Source of the DNA: Obrimoposthia wandeli
Taxonomy: Eukaryota
Assembly: GCA_977020255.1 (NCBI GenBank)
Contig: CDROCS010006248.1
Coordinates: 1 to 64,000 of the forward strand
DNA: 64,000 bases
Reading direction: 5' to 3'
Shown here: positions 28,508-39,290 of the stretch, one piece after another
Position numbering within the stretch: the first letter of the stretch is position 1
Layout: every line of letters begins with the position of its first letter
The notes under the pieces: generated by a model
Database searches by the model: none
What the model saw: only the letters and a program-made list of their open reading frames with translations
Told to the model about the DNA's origin: nothing
Translations under genes and position numbers: made by a program

Positions 28508-29498
28508 ATTACAAACGAATCAAAGTAACTCAGCGGCCGGCCCAGTAAAACGTGGCGCTGAGCAGCACAAACTAACGGCTAAAGACAAAAGGCGTCGCTG
28601 GCAAGAACATCATGCTGAAGTAGCGAAAGATAGCTTAAGGCAGTTGTTGTCTTCTCCTATTTCTACTTTTATGACCGTCTTAGTGTTAGCGGTTGCGTTA
28701 GCGTTACCCAGTTTTTTATTCACATCATTAGATAACATGTCTCGATTAACAGATAGTTGGGACAGTGAAAATAAAATTTCATTATATTTATCGACTGATT
28801 TGAATGAGCAAGAAATAGATAGTTTTGTGCAACAGTTGTTATTGAGACAAGACTTAATTGCTATTGATTTAATAGATTCAGAGCAAGGGCTGTTAGAGTT
28901 TAAGCAGTTTTCTGGTTTTTCTGATGTGTTGGATTCAATGCAAGGAAACCCTCTGCCTGCTGTTGTATCTGTCTTGGCAAAAGATGCGAGTGAAGTAGGC
29001 CTTGAAAGATTAAAGCAAGAGTTGCTAGCAATGCCTAGTGTGGATCAAGCTGTGCTAGATTTGGATTGGGTAAAACGTTTTAATGCCATTTTGTTGGTGA
29101 TAGAGCGGGCTGTGATTGCGTTGAGTATATTGCTCGCTTTTGCTGTATTACTCATCATAGGAAACACGATACGTTTAAATGTAGAGAGTAGACGTGATGA
29201 AATTTTAGTTTCTTCTTTAATGGGAGCAACTAATCCATGGATTCGACGCCCCTTTCTATATACGGGCATTTTTTATGGTGCTGTAGGCGCTAGCTTAGCT
29301 TGGGTTATTCTTGAGTTCGCACTTATGGTGATGCACACCCCTGTAATTGAGCTTGCACAGCTATATCAAAGTAGCTTTAGCTTATCAGGTTTAGGTTTTG
29401 GCGGTGGTCTTTTGCTTGTATTGCTTGGAGTTGTTCTGGGATGTTTAGGTGCTTTGCTATCAGTGAATAAGTTTCTAAATAAACTAGCGCCTCAATAG
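28500..29498 (+). CDS. ftsX: Cell division permease
   Basis: NPLPAV, IIGNTIRL, GATNPWIRRPFLYTG; overlaps the ftsE stop. Confidence 0.95.
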   Translation: MSKLQTNQSNSAAGPVKRGAEQHKLTAKDKRRRWQEHHAEVAKDSLRQLLSSPISTFMTVLVLAVALALPSFLFTSLDNMSRLTDSWDSENKISLYLSTDLNEQEIDSFVQQLLLRQDLIAIDLIDSEQGLLEFKQFSGFSDVLDSMQGNPLPAVVSVLAKDASEVGLERLKQELLAMPSVDQAVLDLDWVKRFNAILLVIERAVIALSILLAFAVLLIIGNTIRLNVESRRDEILVSSLMGATNPWIRRPFLYTGIFYGAVGASLAWVILEFALMVMHTPVIELAQLYQSSFSLSGLGFGGGLLLVLLGVVLGCLGALLSVNKFLNKLAPQ

Positions 29499-29660
29499 TG
29501 GTTATTTCTGAAAAATAGTCTTAAATAAGGGCTAGCAAATACTTTTTCTTGTTAAAGTCATTTATATCTGTATGCTTGCATGTTCGCTGTGCTTTGTGTC
29601 GATAATTAGTGTTAAAATGAACCTAGAAAGTGTAGTTGAAAATTAATTATGGAACTTTTA

Positions 29661-29678
29661 TAAGGCAATATTGCCTTA
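29661..29678. promoter_or_regulatory. Perfect 18-bp palindrome upstream of rpoH
   Basis: TAAGGCAATATTGCCTTA, next to a GGAACTT (sigmaE -35-like) hexamer. Confidence 0.35.
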
Positions 29679-29738
29679 CTGATGTGCATAGTTAATATGT
29701 TTTTTTTATTACAAGATTAAATGAAGGTGGTTAAAGAA

Positions 29739-30614
29739 ATGGGCAAGAGCTTATTAGCAATTGATCATGTTTCTCCAGGGCAAAACCTAGAGGCTTATTT
29801 GCAAACAATTAGCGCAATACCTGTGCTAACTGTGGTAGAAGAGCGCGCTTTGGCTGAGCGCTTAAAAGATCAAAACGATCTTGAGGCAGCTCGCCATTTG
29901 GTTATGTCTCACTTACGCTTTGTTGTACATATTGCCAGAAGTTATTCGGGTTATGGTTTGCCGTTGGGTGACTTAATTCAAGAAGGCAATGTCGGTATGA
30001 TGAAAGCAGTTAAACGCTTTGATCCAGAAGTAGGAGTGCGACTAGTATCTTTTGCTGTGCATTGGATTAAAGCAGAAATGCACGAGTATATTTTAAAGAA
30101 CTGGCGCATTGTAAAAATAGCGACAACCAAAGCGCAACGTAAATTGTTTTTCAACCTACGCTCTAAAAAGAAAGACTTAGGTTGGATGAACAACAAAGAA
30201 GCTTCTAGCATTGCTGAAGATTTAGGTGTTGAGCTTAAAACGTTACGTGAAATGGAAGGTCGCTTAGCATCATCTGATACTGCTTTTGATATGTCAGGTT
30301 CTGACGATGACGAAGGCGCATCATTTGCACCAGCGCAGTATCTAGAAGATCACTCAGAAAACCCTGAAGCGTTGCTTGAAAAATCAAACTGGCGTTCGCA
30401 CTCACAAGGAAAGCTTATTAGTGCGTTGCAAGGTTTGGATGAGCGTAGCAGAGATATTCTATCGCAGCGTTGGTTGAGTGATACTAAAGCGACTTTACAC
30501 GAGCTAGCAGCTGAATATGAAGTATCGGCTGAGCGTATAAGACAGCTTGAAAAGAATGCGATGAAAAAGTTGAAAGATGCAATGGGAACTGAAGAAAGTG
30601 GTTTAATGGCCTAA
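29739..30614 (+). CDS. rpoH: Heat-shock sigma factor sigma32
   Basis: [21 protein letters not shown] and RpoH box [21 protein letters not shown]; downstream of ftsEX. Confidence 0.96.
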   Translation: MGKSLLAIDHVSPGQNLEAYLQTISAIPVLTVVEERALAERLKDQNDLEAARHLVMSHLRFVVHIARSYSGYGLPLGDLIQEGNVGMMKAVKRFDPEVGVRLVSFAVHWIKAEMHEYILKNWRIVKIATTKAQRKLFFNLRSKKKDLGWMNNKEASSIAEDLGVELKTLREMEGRLASSDTAFDMSGSDDDEGASFAPAQYLEDHSENPEALLEKSNWRSHSQGKLISALQGLDERSRDILSQRWLSDTKATLHELAAEYEVSAERIRQLEKNAMKKLKDAMGTEESGLMA

Positions 30615-30665
30615 TCTTTAACCTGTATCGATTACTCAGTTAGCTTATATTGAGTAAAAATAAAT

Positions 30666-30692
30666 AAACCGTCTCTATAGACGGTTTTTTTT
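30666..30692 (+). terminator. Intrinsic terminator of rpoH
   Basis: AAACCGTCT-CTAT-AGACGGTTT followed by a long T run. Confidence 0.85.
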
Positions 30693-30734
30693 TGCGAGCA
30701 CTACTGTGTTAAGTAATAAGGAAAATTTTTACAA

Positions 30735-31112
30735 ATGAAAGCTAAGTATTTAATTGTTTTTGCAGCAGCTTTTGCGCTATTAGCAGTAGCGGTAGGTGCG
30801 TTTGCGAGCCATGGCTTAAAAGAGAGCTTGTCAATTAAGCAAATGCAATGGCTGGCAACAGCCAGTAGTTATCAAATGTACCACGCATTAGCGTTGTTTT
30901 GTGTCGCTTTGTTGGTGCTCAAAATAGGACCTAATCGATGGCTAACGTTTAGTGCAATAAGTTTCATAAGTGGCACATTGTTGTTTTCTGGCAGCTTATA
31001 CGTATTAGCTTTAACAGGTTATAAGCAAGTGGTGTATTTAACGCCATTAGGCGGCATGGGGTTTTTATTAGGCTGGTTAGGTTTAATGGTCAGCGGTTTC
31101 AGAATGAAGTAA
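30735..31112 (+). CDS. DUF423 family membrane protein (YgdD-like)
   Basis: GAFASHGL, YQMYHAL, LFSGSLY and TPLGG. Confidence 0.9.
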   Translation: MKAKYLIVFAAAFALLAVAVGAFASHGLKESLSIKQMQWLATASSYQMYHALALFCVALLVLKIGPNRWLTFSAISFISGTLLFSGSLYVLALTGYKQVVYLTPLGGMGFLLGWLGLMVSGFRMK

Positions 31113-31310
31113 GTGCAGTACGAAATAGCTAAAACACGGTATTGTAGTTAAAATACAATGATTGATAATGTGCATAGCAAAATATTTGAAAGCAAGGCGC
31201 TGAGCTTAACAAAATGTTAGGAATATAATTAATGCCTTGTGTTGTTTGATTTGAAAGCCGTGAACTTTACTGTAAGTAATAGATAAGTTAGTAGGAATAT
31301 TGGTAACAAA

Positions 31311-32003
31311 ATGACAGAAGAAAAGAAGTATTTACGTACGATACGCAGCTTTGTAATGCGAGCGGGTAGAACAACTCTAGGTCAGGAAAAGGCGTTAGAG
31401 GAAGTGTGGCCTTTGTTTGGTCTTGAGGTGAAGAACGGGCTGCTTGATCTTGAGCAAGTGTTTGCAAGAAAAGCGGAGACTGTTTTGGAGATTGGCTTTG
31501 GGATGGGGGAATCGCTGATTTCAATGGCTAAAGCAGCGCCAGAGCTGAACTTTATTGGTATTGAAGTGCATCGACCCGGTGTCGGGCGTTTGTTATCTCG
31601 AGTGGCAGAGGAAGAGCTGACGAATATTCGTGTGTTTTCAGAAGATGCTATTGAAGTGCTAGATCAGTGTATTGCAAACGATTCGCTACATACATTGCAG
31701 TTGTTTTTTCCAGATCCTTGGCATAAAAAGAAGCATCATAAACGACGCATCGTACAGGCAAGTTTTGCACAGACTATTAAGAACAAGCTACAGCTAGGTG
31801 GCTGCTTTCATATGGCAACAGATTGGCAAAACTATGCCGAGCATATGATGGAAGTGATGGAAGTGGCACCAGGATTTGATAATAAGGCCGGAGCAGGAAG
31901 TTATTCGCCTCAGCCTGAAACGCGACCAGTGACTAAATTTCAGCGTCGAGGAGAAAAGCTTGGTCATGGCGTGTGGGATTTGATATATCAGCGCAACGCA
32001 TAA
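31311..32003 (+). CDS. trmB: tRNA (guanine-N7)-methyltransferase
   Basis: [32 protein letters not shown] and TKFQRRG. Confidence 0.96.
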   Translation: MTEEKKYLRTIRSFVMRAGRTTLGQEKALEEVWPLFGLEVKNGLLDLEQVFARKAETVLEIGFGMGESLISMAKAAPELNFIGIEVHRPGVGRLLSRVAEEELTNIRVFSEDAIEVLDQCIANDSLHTLQLFFPDPWHKKKHHKRRIVQASFAQTIKNKLQLGGCFHMATDWQNYAEHMMEVMEVAPGFDNKAGAGSYSPQPETRPVTKFQRRGEKLGHGVWDLIYQRNA

Positions 32004-32334
32004 CGTAGTGATTTTATGAATGCTGTTTTCATATTAAGATTAGATGAAGAGTTTGATTTTACTGAAATTTAAAAGTAATAAATTAAAACGCATAAATTAT
32101 TGATATTAAAGAGTACTAATTAGCATGCTAGCTAAAAAATAATGCTCTGAAGTAGAAGATTATTTGTAAAAATGCGTTTTAAGATCTATATTTGTTCAGA
32201 GTAATGAGCGCCTTTTGTTAGTTTTCATATTTTAATGAAAGCGATAAACGATGGAAATCCCGTGGCTTATTCTCATAATCGACAAGCAATCAAGGCAGCG
32301 TGCGAGTTGAGAGTAAATTAACCTACATATTAAA

Positions 32335-33285
32335 TTGATTGAAAGGATGATCTCAGTGACAGATACAAAATACCGTTTAGTAACGCGCAGTGACTTTGAT
32401 GGTTTGGTTTGTGCGGTTTTGCTTAAACACTTAGATTTAGTCGACGAAATTAAATTTGTTCATCCAAAAGATATGCAAGACGGCAATGTTGAAGTGTCTA
32501 GTTGCGATATCACAACTAATTTACCCTATGTGCCGTCCGTACATATGGCGTTTGATCACCATTTATCTGAAACTATTCGTAATGGTAAAGCCGAGAATCA
32601 CATAATTGATGCGACTGCTCCATCAGCAGCACGTGTGGTATTTGATTATTATGGTGGTTTTGATACATTCCCTAAAGAATGGGATGACATGTTAACTGCT
32701 GTAGATATAGGCGATTCTGCGCAATATCAACGAGATGATGTTTTAAATCCACAAGGTTGGTCTTTGCTTAATTTCTTGATGGATGCTAGAACGGGCTTAG
32801 GGCGTTTTCGTGAATTCAGAATCTCTAACTACGAACTGATGATGGATTTAATTGACTACTGTAAAGATCATAACATCGATAGTATTTTAGAACTTGCGGA
32901 TGTGAAAGAACGTGTTGAGCTTTACATGGAGCAGCAGATTAAGTTTGTAGAGCAGATTAAGCGCTGCTCTCAAGTGTTTGACAATTTAGTGGTACTGAAT
33001 TTGTTGAACGAAGATGAGATTTGGGCGGGTAACCGTTTTATGATTTACGCTTTGTTCCCAGAAGTGAATATATCAATTCATAAAATTTGGGGAATGAAGA
33101 AGCAAAATACAGTATACGCAACAGGTAAATCGATTTTTAATCGTAGCTCGAAAACCAACGTTGGCGAATTGATGCTTAAATATGGTGGCGGCGGACATGA
33201 GGCTGCAGGTACTTGCCAAATAGATAATGATAAAGCTGAAGATGTGTTAACTGAGTTAATTGAAACGATTAACGCACACGGTTAA
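32335..33285 (+). CDS. DHH/DHHA1 phosphoesterase (NrnB-like; often annotated exopolyphosphatase)
   Basis: RSDFDG, FDHH and GGGHEAAG. True start is probably 32347 or 32356. Confidence 0.8.
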   Translation: MIERMISVTDTKYRLVTRSDFDGLVCAVLLKHLDLVDEIKFVHPKDMQDGNVEVSSCDITTNLPYVPSVHMAFDHHLSETIRNGKAENHIIDATAPSAARVVFDYYGGFDTFPKEWDDMLTAVDIGDSAQYQRDDVLNPQGWSLLNFLMDARTGLGRFREFRISNYELMMDLIDYCKDHNIDSILELADVKERVELYMEQQIKFVEQIKRCSQVFDNLVVLNLLNEDEIWAGNRFMIYALFPEVNISIHKIWGMKKQNTVYATGKSIFNRSSKTNVGELMLKYGGGGHEAAGTCQIDNDKAEDVLTELIETINAHG

Positions 33286-33306
33286 TTTTTTACAAGTAAC
33301 AGCAAT

Positions 33307-33344
33307 AAAAAAAGGGTACTGAATTCGTTCGTACCCTTTTTTTT
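33307..33344. terminator. Bidirectional intrinsic terminator
   Basis: A7-GGGTAC-N11-GTACCC-T8 between the convergent DHH gene and ilvD. Confidence 0.85.
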
Positions 33345-33367
33345 GATCTTAGCTAAGTGTTTGAATG

Positions 33368-35212
33368 CTAATCAAGCATTGATAGATCTCTTACCGCGCC
33401 CTTGTCAGCAGATGTTGCTAGCAAGGCGTATGCCTTCAATGATGCTGAAACCTTACGAGGGCGTGATTTAACAGGCTTCCAGGCTAGTTTTCCTCTGGCT
33501 TCCATCTTTTCGCGGCGCAGAGCGAGTTCTTCATCAGAGATTAGTACGTTGATTCCGCGCTTAGGGATATCTATGCAAATTCTATCGCCGTTTTCGATTA
33601 AACCAATGGCACCGCCAGCTGCAGCTTCAGGAGAAGCGTGACCAATAGACAAACCAGAAGTCCCCCCTGAAAAACGTCCATCTGTTAATAGCGCGCAAGC
33701 TTTACCTAATCCTTTAGATTTTATATAAGATGTAGGGTAGAGCATTTCTTGCATGCCAGGGCCGCCTTTAGGTCCTTCGTAGCGAACAATAACGATATCA
33801 CCCGCTTTTACTTTGTCAGCAAGGATGTCAGCAACTGCTTCATCTTGAGATTCAGTAACATGAGCACGCCCTTCAAAGACTAGAATAGATTCATCAACGC
33901 CCGCTGTTTTGACGACACAGCCATCGAGTGCAATATTGCCATACAATACAGCTAAACCGCCTTCTAATGAGTAAGCGCTATCTAAATCACGAATACAGCC
34001 AGACTTTCTGTCAGCATCAACGCTAGCCCAGCGAGTTTCTTGGCTAAATGCTGTTTGCGTTGGGATGCCAGCAGGGCCAGCGCGGAAGAACTTAAGAACT
34101 TCAGATGAAGGGTTGCGCATGATGTCCCACTTATCTAAACCTTCTTTCAGCGTTGCGCTGTGAATAGTTGGGATGTCAGTATGTATTTTTCCTGCTCTAT
34201 CTAGTTCGCCCAATATTGCAAAAATTCCTCCAGCACGGTGAACATCTTCCATGTGATATAGCGGAGAGTTCGGTGCTACTTTACATAATTGGGGTACGTT
34301 ATGTGACATCGCTTCCATGTCTTCTAGCGTGAAATCGATCTCTGCTTCACGGGCAATAGCCAGTAAATGCAATATTGTATTTGTTGATCCGCCCATGCAA
34401 ATGTCTAATGTCATTGCGTTTTCAAATGCTTTCATGCACGCAATGCTTCTAGGTAGAACATCGTAGTTATCGTCTTCGTAATGGCTCTTAGTAATAGAAA
34501 CAATAGAGCGGCCTGCTTCTAAGAACAGATTGCGTCGATCAGCGTGAGTCGCTAATAATGTACCGTTGCCCGGTAAAGCCAAGCCTAAAGCTTCAGCAAG
34601 GCAGTTCATGGAATTTGCAGTAAACATGCCTGAGCACGAACCGCAAGTTGGGCAAGCAGAGCGCTCATATTCGGCAACTTTTTCATCTGAAGCGGTGTCA
34701 TCTACTGCAATAACCATCGCATCGACTAAGTCGAGTTTATGTTCTGAAAGCTTTGTTTTACCTGCTTCCATTGGTCCGCCTGATACAAAAATAACAGGAA
34801 TATTCAAACGCATAGCGGCCATTAACATGCCGGGTGTGATTTTATCGCAGTTAGAAATGCATACAAGAGCATCTGCACAATGTGCATTGACCATGTACTC
34901 AACCGAATCAGCAATTAAATCTCTAGAAGGTAAAGAATACAGCATGCCATCGTGGCCCATTGCGATTCCGTCATCTACTGCAATAGTGTTAAATTCTTTA
35001 GCAACACCGCCTGCCTTCTCTACTTCACGAGCAACTAGCTGTCCCATGTCTTTAAGATGAACATGACCTGGTACAAATTGCGTAAAAGAGTTGGCAATAG
35101 CAATGATAGGTTTGTTGAAATCATCATCTTTCATGCCAGTAGCACGCCATAGTGCACGAGCACCAGCCATGTTGCGACCACCGGTGGATGTTTTGGATTT
35201 ATATACAGGCAT
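33368..35212 (-). CDS. ilvD: Dihydroxy-acid dehydratase
   Basis: [45 protein letters not shown] and TDGRFSGGT. Confidence 0.97.
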   Translation of the reverse strand: MPVYKSKTSTGGRNMAGARALWRATGMKDDDFNKPIIAIANSFTQFVPGHVHLKDMGQLVAREVEKAGGVAKEFNTIAVDDGIAMGHDGMLYSLPSRDLIADSVEYMVNAHCADALVCISNCDKITPGMLMAAMRLNIPVIFVSGGPMEAGKTKLSEHKLDLVDAMVIAVDDTASDEKVAEYERSACPTCGSCSGMFTANSMNCLAEALGLALPGNGTLLATHADRRNLFLEAGRSIVSITKSHYEDDNYDVLPRSIACMKAFENAMTLDICMGGSTNTILHLLAIAREAEIDFTLEDMEAMSHNVPQLCKVAPNSPLYHMEDVHRAGGIFAILGELDRAGKIHTDIPTIHSATLKEGLDKWDIMRNPSSEVLKFFRAGPAGIPTQTAFSQETRWASVDADRKSGCIRDLDSAYSLEGGLAVLYGNIALDGCVVKTAGVDESILVFEGRAHVTESQDEAVADILADKVKAGDIVIVRYEGPKGGPGMQEMLYPTSYIKSKGLGKACALLTDGRFSGGTSGLSIGHASPEAAAGGAIGLIENGDRICIDIPKRGINVLISDEELALRREKMEARGKLAWKPVKSRPRKVSASLKAYALLATSADKGAVRDLSMLD

Positions 35213-36033
35213 GAGGCTTCCTTCTTGATAATTTATTGTGTGATTCGCATAGAGGGTAAATCAAGGCAGTGCAAATGATAGCGCTAGTAAAATAAAGTAA
35301 ATACTTCACTAGAAAAACCGACTGTTGAATACGCTGTTTTCAATTCAAAACTGCGCTTCTTGCGAAAACTTATGATGTGAGGGGAGTATATCAGACATTT
35401 CGATTGGCTATATTCGAAAAAACAAGATTAATTATCCCGAATAGTTAAACGCATGTAAGAAAAAAAAGAGCTCAAATCAGTCTGCAGCATTAATATCCTA
35501 AAGTTATATCTCTATATGCCGACAATAAGCTATAAATTCATATAAAACAGATTGATAACGACAAAAATTAGATCAATATACACTGAAATCTGTATGTTGA
35601 TTGCTCTGTAGACGATAATTTAACCGCTTAGGTTAAGTTTGAGTCATGTATAGTGCCGCGAGCTAGATGACCGCTATCTATATAATCAAAATATTCTGAA
35701 AATTCGAATTATTGAGTTCAGTTAGCTATTAGTAAACTGGTACTCTGAATAAAAGCAAGCTAGTGATATCGTTACATTTATAGTATTTTGAGTTTAAAGG
35801 TTGGTTAATCGTTTGTTATAAGCTAGATTGCTTAGTATGATGTTTTAAACGTGAGTTACATTTAAATAGTACGATTTGTTATAAATCAAAAATCTCTTTG
35901 AAAACAACAGAATTTTAAGTGATGCTACATATAAAGCTCGCTTTTAAGGGTGATAGTTTTCATAATAAACTCGTTAGTATCGAGTTATTAATATTAAAGA
36001 GAGTAAACATTTTTTAGTTACGGGAGTATTCGG

Positions 36034-36714
36034 ATGAAGCTATTGGTCGTAGAAGACGACGCAGATTTACGTCGTCAACTGGTCAGTGGACTTGAATCAA
36101 GAGGCTACACTATCGAAGAGACAGGCGACGGTAGAGAAGCGCTATATATGGGGTGTGAGTTTAATTACGATTTAGCTATCGTAGATTTAGGTTTGCCCTC
36201 CCTTTCAGGTGTTGATTTAATTAAGCAGTGGCGTGCTGCTGAGCGCAATTTCCCTATTCTGATTTTAACCGCTAGGGGCGAATGGCAGGACAAAGTTGAA
36301 GGTCTTGAAGCTGGAGCGGATGACTTTTTAGTTAAGCCTTTCCATATTGAAGAACTTGTGGCTCGATTAAACGCTTTATTGCGTCGTGCTGCTGGACATG
36401 CAAAGCCCGTTTTAGAGTTCGGAAACTTGTCGCTAGATACAGTGGGTCGAGTAGTTGCTTTTAACGGTAGGCCTATTAATTTAACCAGCTATGAGTACCG
36501 CACATTAGAATATTTGATGATGCATGCGGGTAAGACAGTCTCAAAAGCTGAGTTAACAGAGCACTTGTACCATCAAGATTTTGATAGAGACAGCAACGTG
36601 TTGGAAGTATTTATTCGACGCTTACGACAAAAGCTTGATCCTGACCAAACGATGTCGCCGATTACAACGGTGCGAGGTTTAGGGTATAGATTTGATCTAG
36701 TTCGCACGTCTTAA
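36034..36714 (+). CDS. phoP: OmpR-family response regulator, PhoP-like
   Basis: DLGLP, ILILTARGEWQDKVEGL.AGADD, FDRDSNVLEVFI and TVRGLGY. Confidence 0.75.
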   Translation: MKLLVVEDDADLRRQLVSGLESRGYTIEETGDGREALYMGCEFNYDLAIVDLGLPSLSGVDLIKQWRAAERNFPILILTARGEWQDKVEGLEAGADDFLVKPFHIEELVARLNALLRRAAGHAKPVLEFGNLSLDTVGRVVAFNGRPINLTSYEYRTLEYLMMHAGKTVSKAELTEHLYHQDFDRDSNVLEVFIRRLRQKLDPDQTMSPITTVRGLGYRFDLVRTS

Positions 36715-38072
36715 TGAATAAATGGCTCGGAGGTAAATCTCAGTCGATTAGATTTCGGCTTTTATTTGCCTTCTTGCTAATGATTATTGTTGTTTTTACA
36801 TTAGTTGGTTTGTTTTTAGACAGTACCTTCATAAAAGTAAAACAGCAAAACCTCGAACAAGAATTTTCCTCGCAAAGCAAAATCTTTAGCTCTTGTATTG
36901 ACGGCAACGTACTCGTTGACATCTCTCGTTATACTCGCTGCAGTGAAGTGCAGTATTTGATTAGTCAAAACAATAATTTGTATCTATACAGTTCAGAAGA
37001 AGAACTAATATGGCAGTACGAAGCGGACTCTACGCGACGTCATATTGTATCTTTGCATAACCTGAAAAAGGCTAGGACAAGTTTTAAAAGCTCTGAACAA
37101 AAAATATTAAAGATTAAAAATTATTATTTGTATGGGTCCCTGCTGAAAAAAGATCAAATTTTGATATTGAGTACAGATGGTGAATGGCTAAACTCAGAAA
37201 TAGCCAGTAATCGATTATATCTATTTGTTTTCTTATTGTTGTTCGCCTTAATTTTGTTGTGTAGCTTCATTTTTATTATGCACAGAGGACTGAAGCCGTT
37301 AGATAAAATGGTGCTCGATTTAAATGAAATAGCCACCGGAAACTCTCAAGAGCTGACTGATGAATATGCGACAGAGTTTCACGCAATCAGAAATAGCTTA
37401 AACAATTTGCTTAATGCCGAACGCTTGCAGCGAGAGCGTTATCGCAATACTTTAGCTGATTTAGCTCATAGTTTGAAAACACCTCTTGCCGTGTTGCAAG
37501 GTGCTGGGAACGAAGGCTTGCAATACTCTGATTATTTGACTGTCAGTGGTGAGCAAATACGTCGCATGGATCAAATAATTCAGTACCAGCTTACAAGAGC
37601 GGTTAAAAGCATAGATGACGGTGCTAAAACTAGTGCTGTTGCAGTCACGCCGATAATAGAGCGTATATTGACAGCGCTTGGTAAAGTGTACCGAGAGAAA
37701 GAAGTGCGAGCGATATTGAATCTAGAGCGAGATATCGAACTTAAGGCCGATGAACGTGATTTAATGGAAATGCTCGGTAATATGCTGGAGAATGCATTTA
37801 AGTACTGTCGTTCCGAAGTTGCTGTATCGCTATATAGCGACGATGATAACGTATTTATTGTGTTAGAAGATGATGGTGCGGGTGTGTCTGAAAATATGCG
37901 CAATACTATCTTAGAGCGAGGCGAAAGAGCTGATACATCGGCAGCTCCAGGGCAGGGAATAGGGCTAAGTGTATCGGTTGATATATTGAGTTCGTACAAT
38001 TGCCGATTAGAAGTAGAAGAATCTTACTCGCTAGGTGGAGCTAAATTCAGTATTACTTTTCCTAAAAGCTAA
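36714..38072 (+). CDS. phoQ: Sensor histidine kinase, PhoQ-like
   Basis: Two TM segments, RERYRNTLADLAHSLKTPLAVL, GNMLENAFKY, DDGAG and GQGIGL; start overlaps the phoP stop. Confidence 0.7.
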   Translation: MNKWLGGKSQSIRFRLLFAFLLMIIVVFTLVGLFLDSTFIKVKQQNLEQEFSSQSKIFSSCIDGNVLVDISRYTRCSEVQYLISQNNNLYLYSSEEELIWQYEADSTRRHIVSLHNLKKARTSFKSSEQKILKIKNYYLYGSLLKKDQILILSTDGEWLNSEIASNRLYLFVFLLLFALILLCSFIFIMHRGLKPLDKMVLDLNEIATGNSQELTDEYATEFHAIRNSLNNLLNAERLQRERYRNTLADLAHSLKTPLAVLQGAGNEGLQYSDYLTVSGEQIRRMDQIIQYQLTRAVKSIDDGAKTSAVAVTPIIERILTALGKVYREKEVRAILNLERDIELKADERDLMEMLGNMLENAFKYCRSEVAVSLYSDDDNVFIVLEDDGAGVSENMRNTILERGERADTSAAPGQGIGLSVSVDILSSYNCRLEVEESYSLGGAKFSITFPKS

Positions 38073-38091
38073 TCGGCTGAAAGTTTAGTTG

Positions 38092-38403
38092 TTACTCGCT
38101 TTTTGTGTTTAACTTATCGTTTACACTATCAATCTTGTCTTGAATCGTTTGCGCCTTATCTGTGCGCGTACCCACTTTCATATGGCTTGTTATACGTACC
38201 GCACCCATATCATGTAATTCAGTATGGCAGCGCTTTACGGCAGCCATTACATCATCCCATTCACCTTCAACGTTGGTGCCGTAGCTATGCATTTGGTGGC
38301 TTAGACCTGCTTGTTGAAATATTTTTTGGCAATGCGCGACATAAGGTGAAACAGAAATTCCAACGCCGCCAGGTGAAACCATAATGTCCATAATTACATA
38401 CAT
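38092..38403 (-). CDS. MTH1187/YkoF-like thiamine-binding family protein
   Basis: VSPYVA, YGTNVEGEWDDVM and KVGTRTDK..T..DKI.SV. Confidence 0.85.
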   Translation of the reverse strand: MYVIMDIMVSPGGVGISVSPYVAHCQKIFQQAGLSHQMHSYGTNVEGEWDDVMAAVKRCHTELHDMGAVRITSHMKVGTRTDKAQTIQDKIDSVNDKLNTKSE

Positions 38404-38902
38404 GTTAGAGCCTATTTGTTATTTGAGAAATGAGTTGAGTCGTTTTAATGTGCAGCATTAAGCTGCTATTCTATTTTTTTGATTGAAAATTTGAAAACGC
38501 AAATGCTATTAGCGTTAAACTTTGCAGTCTATTTTACGCTTAATTAGCATCAATAAAACTTAAATATAAAGCTAAGTGGGCGTGTACACAATCAAATAAC
38601 AACTTGGTTCTATTGGGCAATGCTAGTTGTATCCAAAATTTATTAGGAAATGAATCAACATGTTTTTTGCCTTTAATAAATAATGTTCTATCCTTTGTAT
38701 ATGGCTTGTCGAAAAGGTCAGTAATATTGAATCAGTTTTATTAAAACGAATCGATATAAAGCAATATTTTTATTAGAGTGAAACCGCACAACTTAACCCA
38801 TTATTTAATCTAGCCTGTGCAGAAGTTTGCACTTTTGTTAGTCATGATTCGGTGTTTGTTCTGTTTTACACCGCAAATTACAGCACAGGAGTAGGAGATA
38901 CA

Positions 38903-39280
38903 ATGTCTTCATCATTACGTATTTTGGTTGTAGATGATTCGCTTAGTATGCGATTAGTCGTCACTCAACTTGTTACTAGCTTAGGTCATAAGGTGATTGG
39001 CGAAGCTAAAGATGGTTTGGAAGCTTTGAAATTATATATGGAGCATAAACCAGACGTTGTTATGCTTGATTTGGTTATGCCCAAGTTTGATGGGAAAAAA
39101 ACTTTAAGAAAATTGTTGCAAGTAGATAGCAATGCTCAAGTAGTTATATGTAGTTCATTGGGATCTGAAGGTGATATTGAATACTGTTTAAGAGAGGGTG
39201 CTAAGTTTTATTTGCAAAAGCCGTACGAAATAGACGGGGTTAAAACAGCATTAAATAGCTTATCTGAAACAGTTGATTAG
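38903..39280 (+). CDS. Stand-alone CheY-like response regulator
   Basis: VVDDS, LDLVMPKFDG (phospho-Asp), CSS and QKP; AGGAG RBS before 38903. Confidence 0.88.
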   Translation: MSSSLRILVVDDSLSMRLVVTQLVTSLGHKVIGEAKDGLEALKLYMEHKPDVVMLDLVMPKFDGKKTLRKLLQVDSNAQVVICSSLGSEGDIEYCLREGAKFYLQKPYEIDGVKTALNSLSETVD

Positions 39281-39290
39281 AGAGTAACGT

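Noticed and set aside
31113-31310. TPP riboswitch or thiS remnant between DUF423 and trmB
   Set aside because: No CTGAGA/ACCTG core and no ThiS-like reading frame were seen.
3726-32240. Recurrent TATGAA...TTCATA dyads (3727, 11661, about 32016) as a shared regulon motif
   Set aside because: Spacers differ (1, 2 and 7 bp) and such words are expected by chance in AT-rich intergenic DNA.
34566-35060. Antisense or overlapping ORFs in the track (e.g. 378-947, 3876-4244, 6956-7261, 34566-35060, 42325-42840)
   Set aside because: They lie opposite well-supported genes, have no recognisable motifs, and have the composition of shadow frames.
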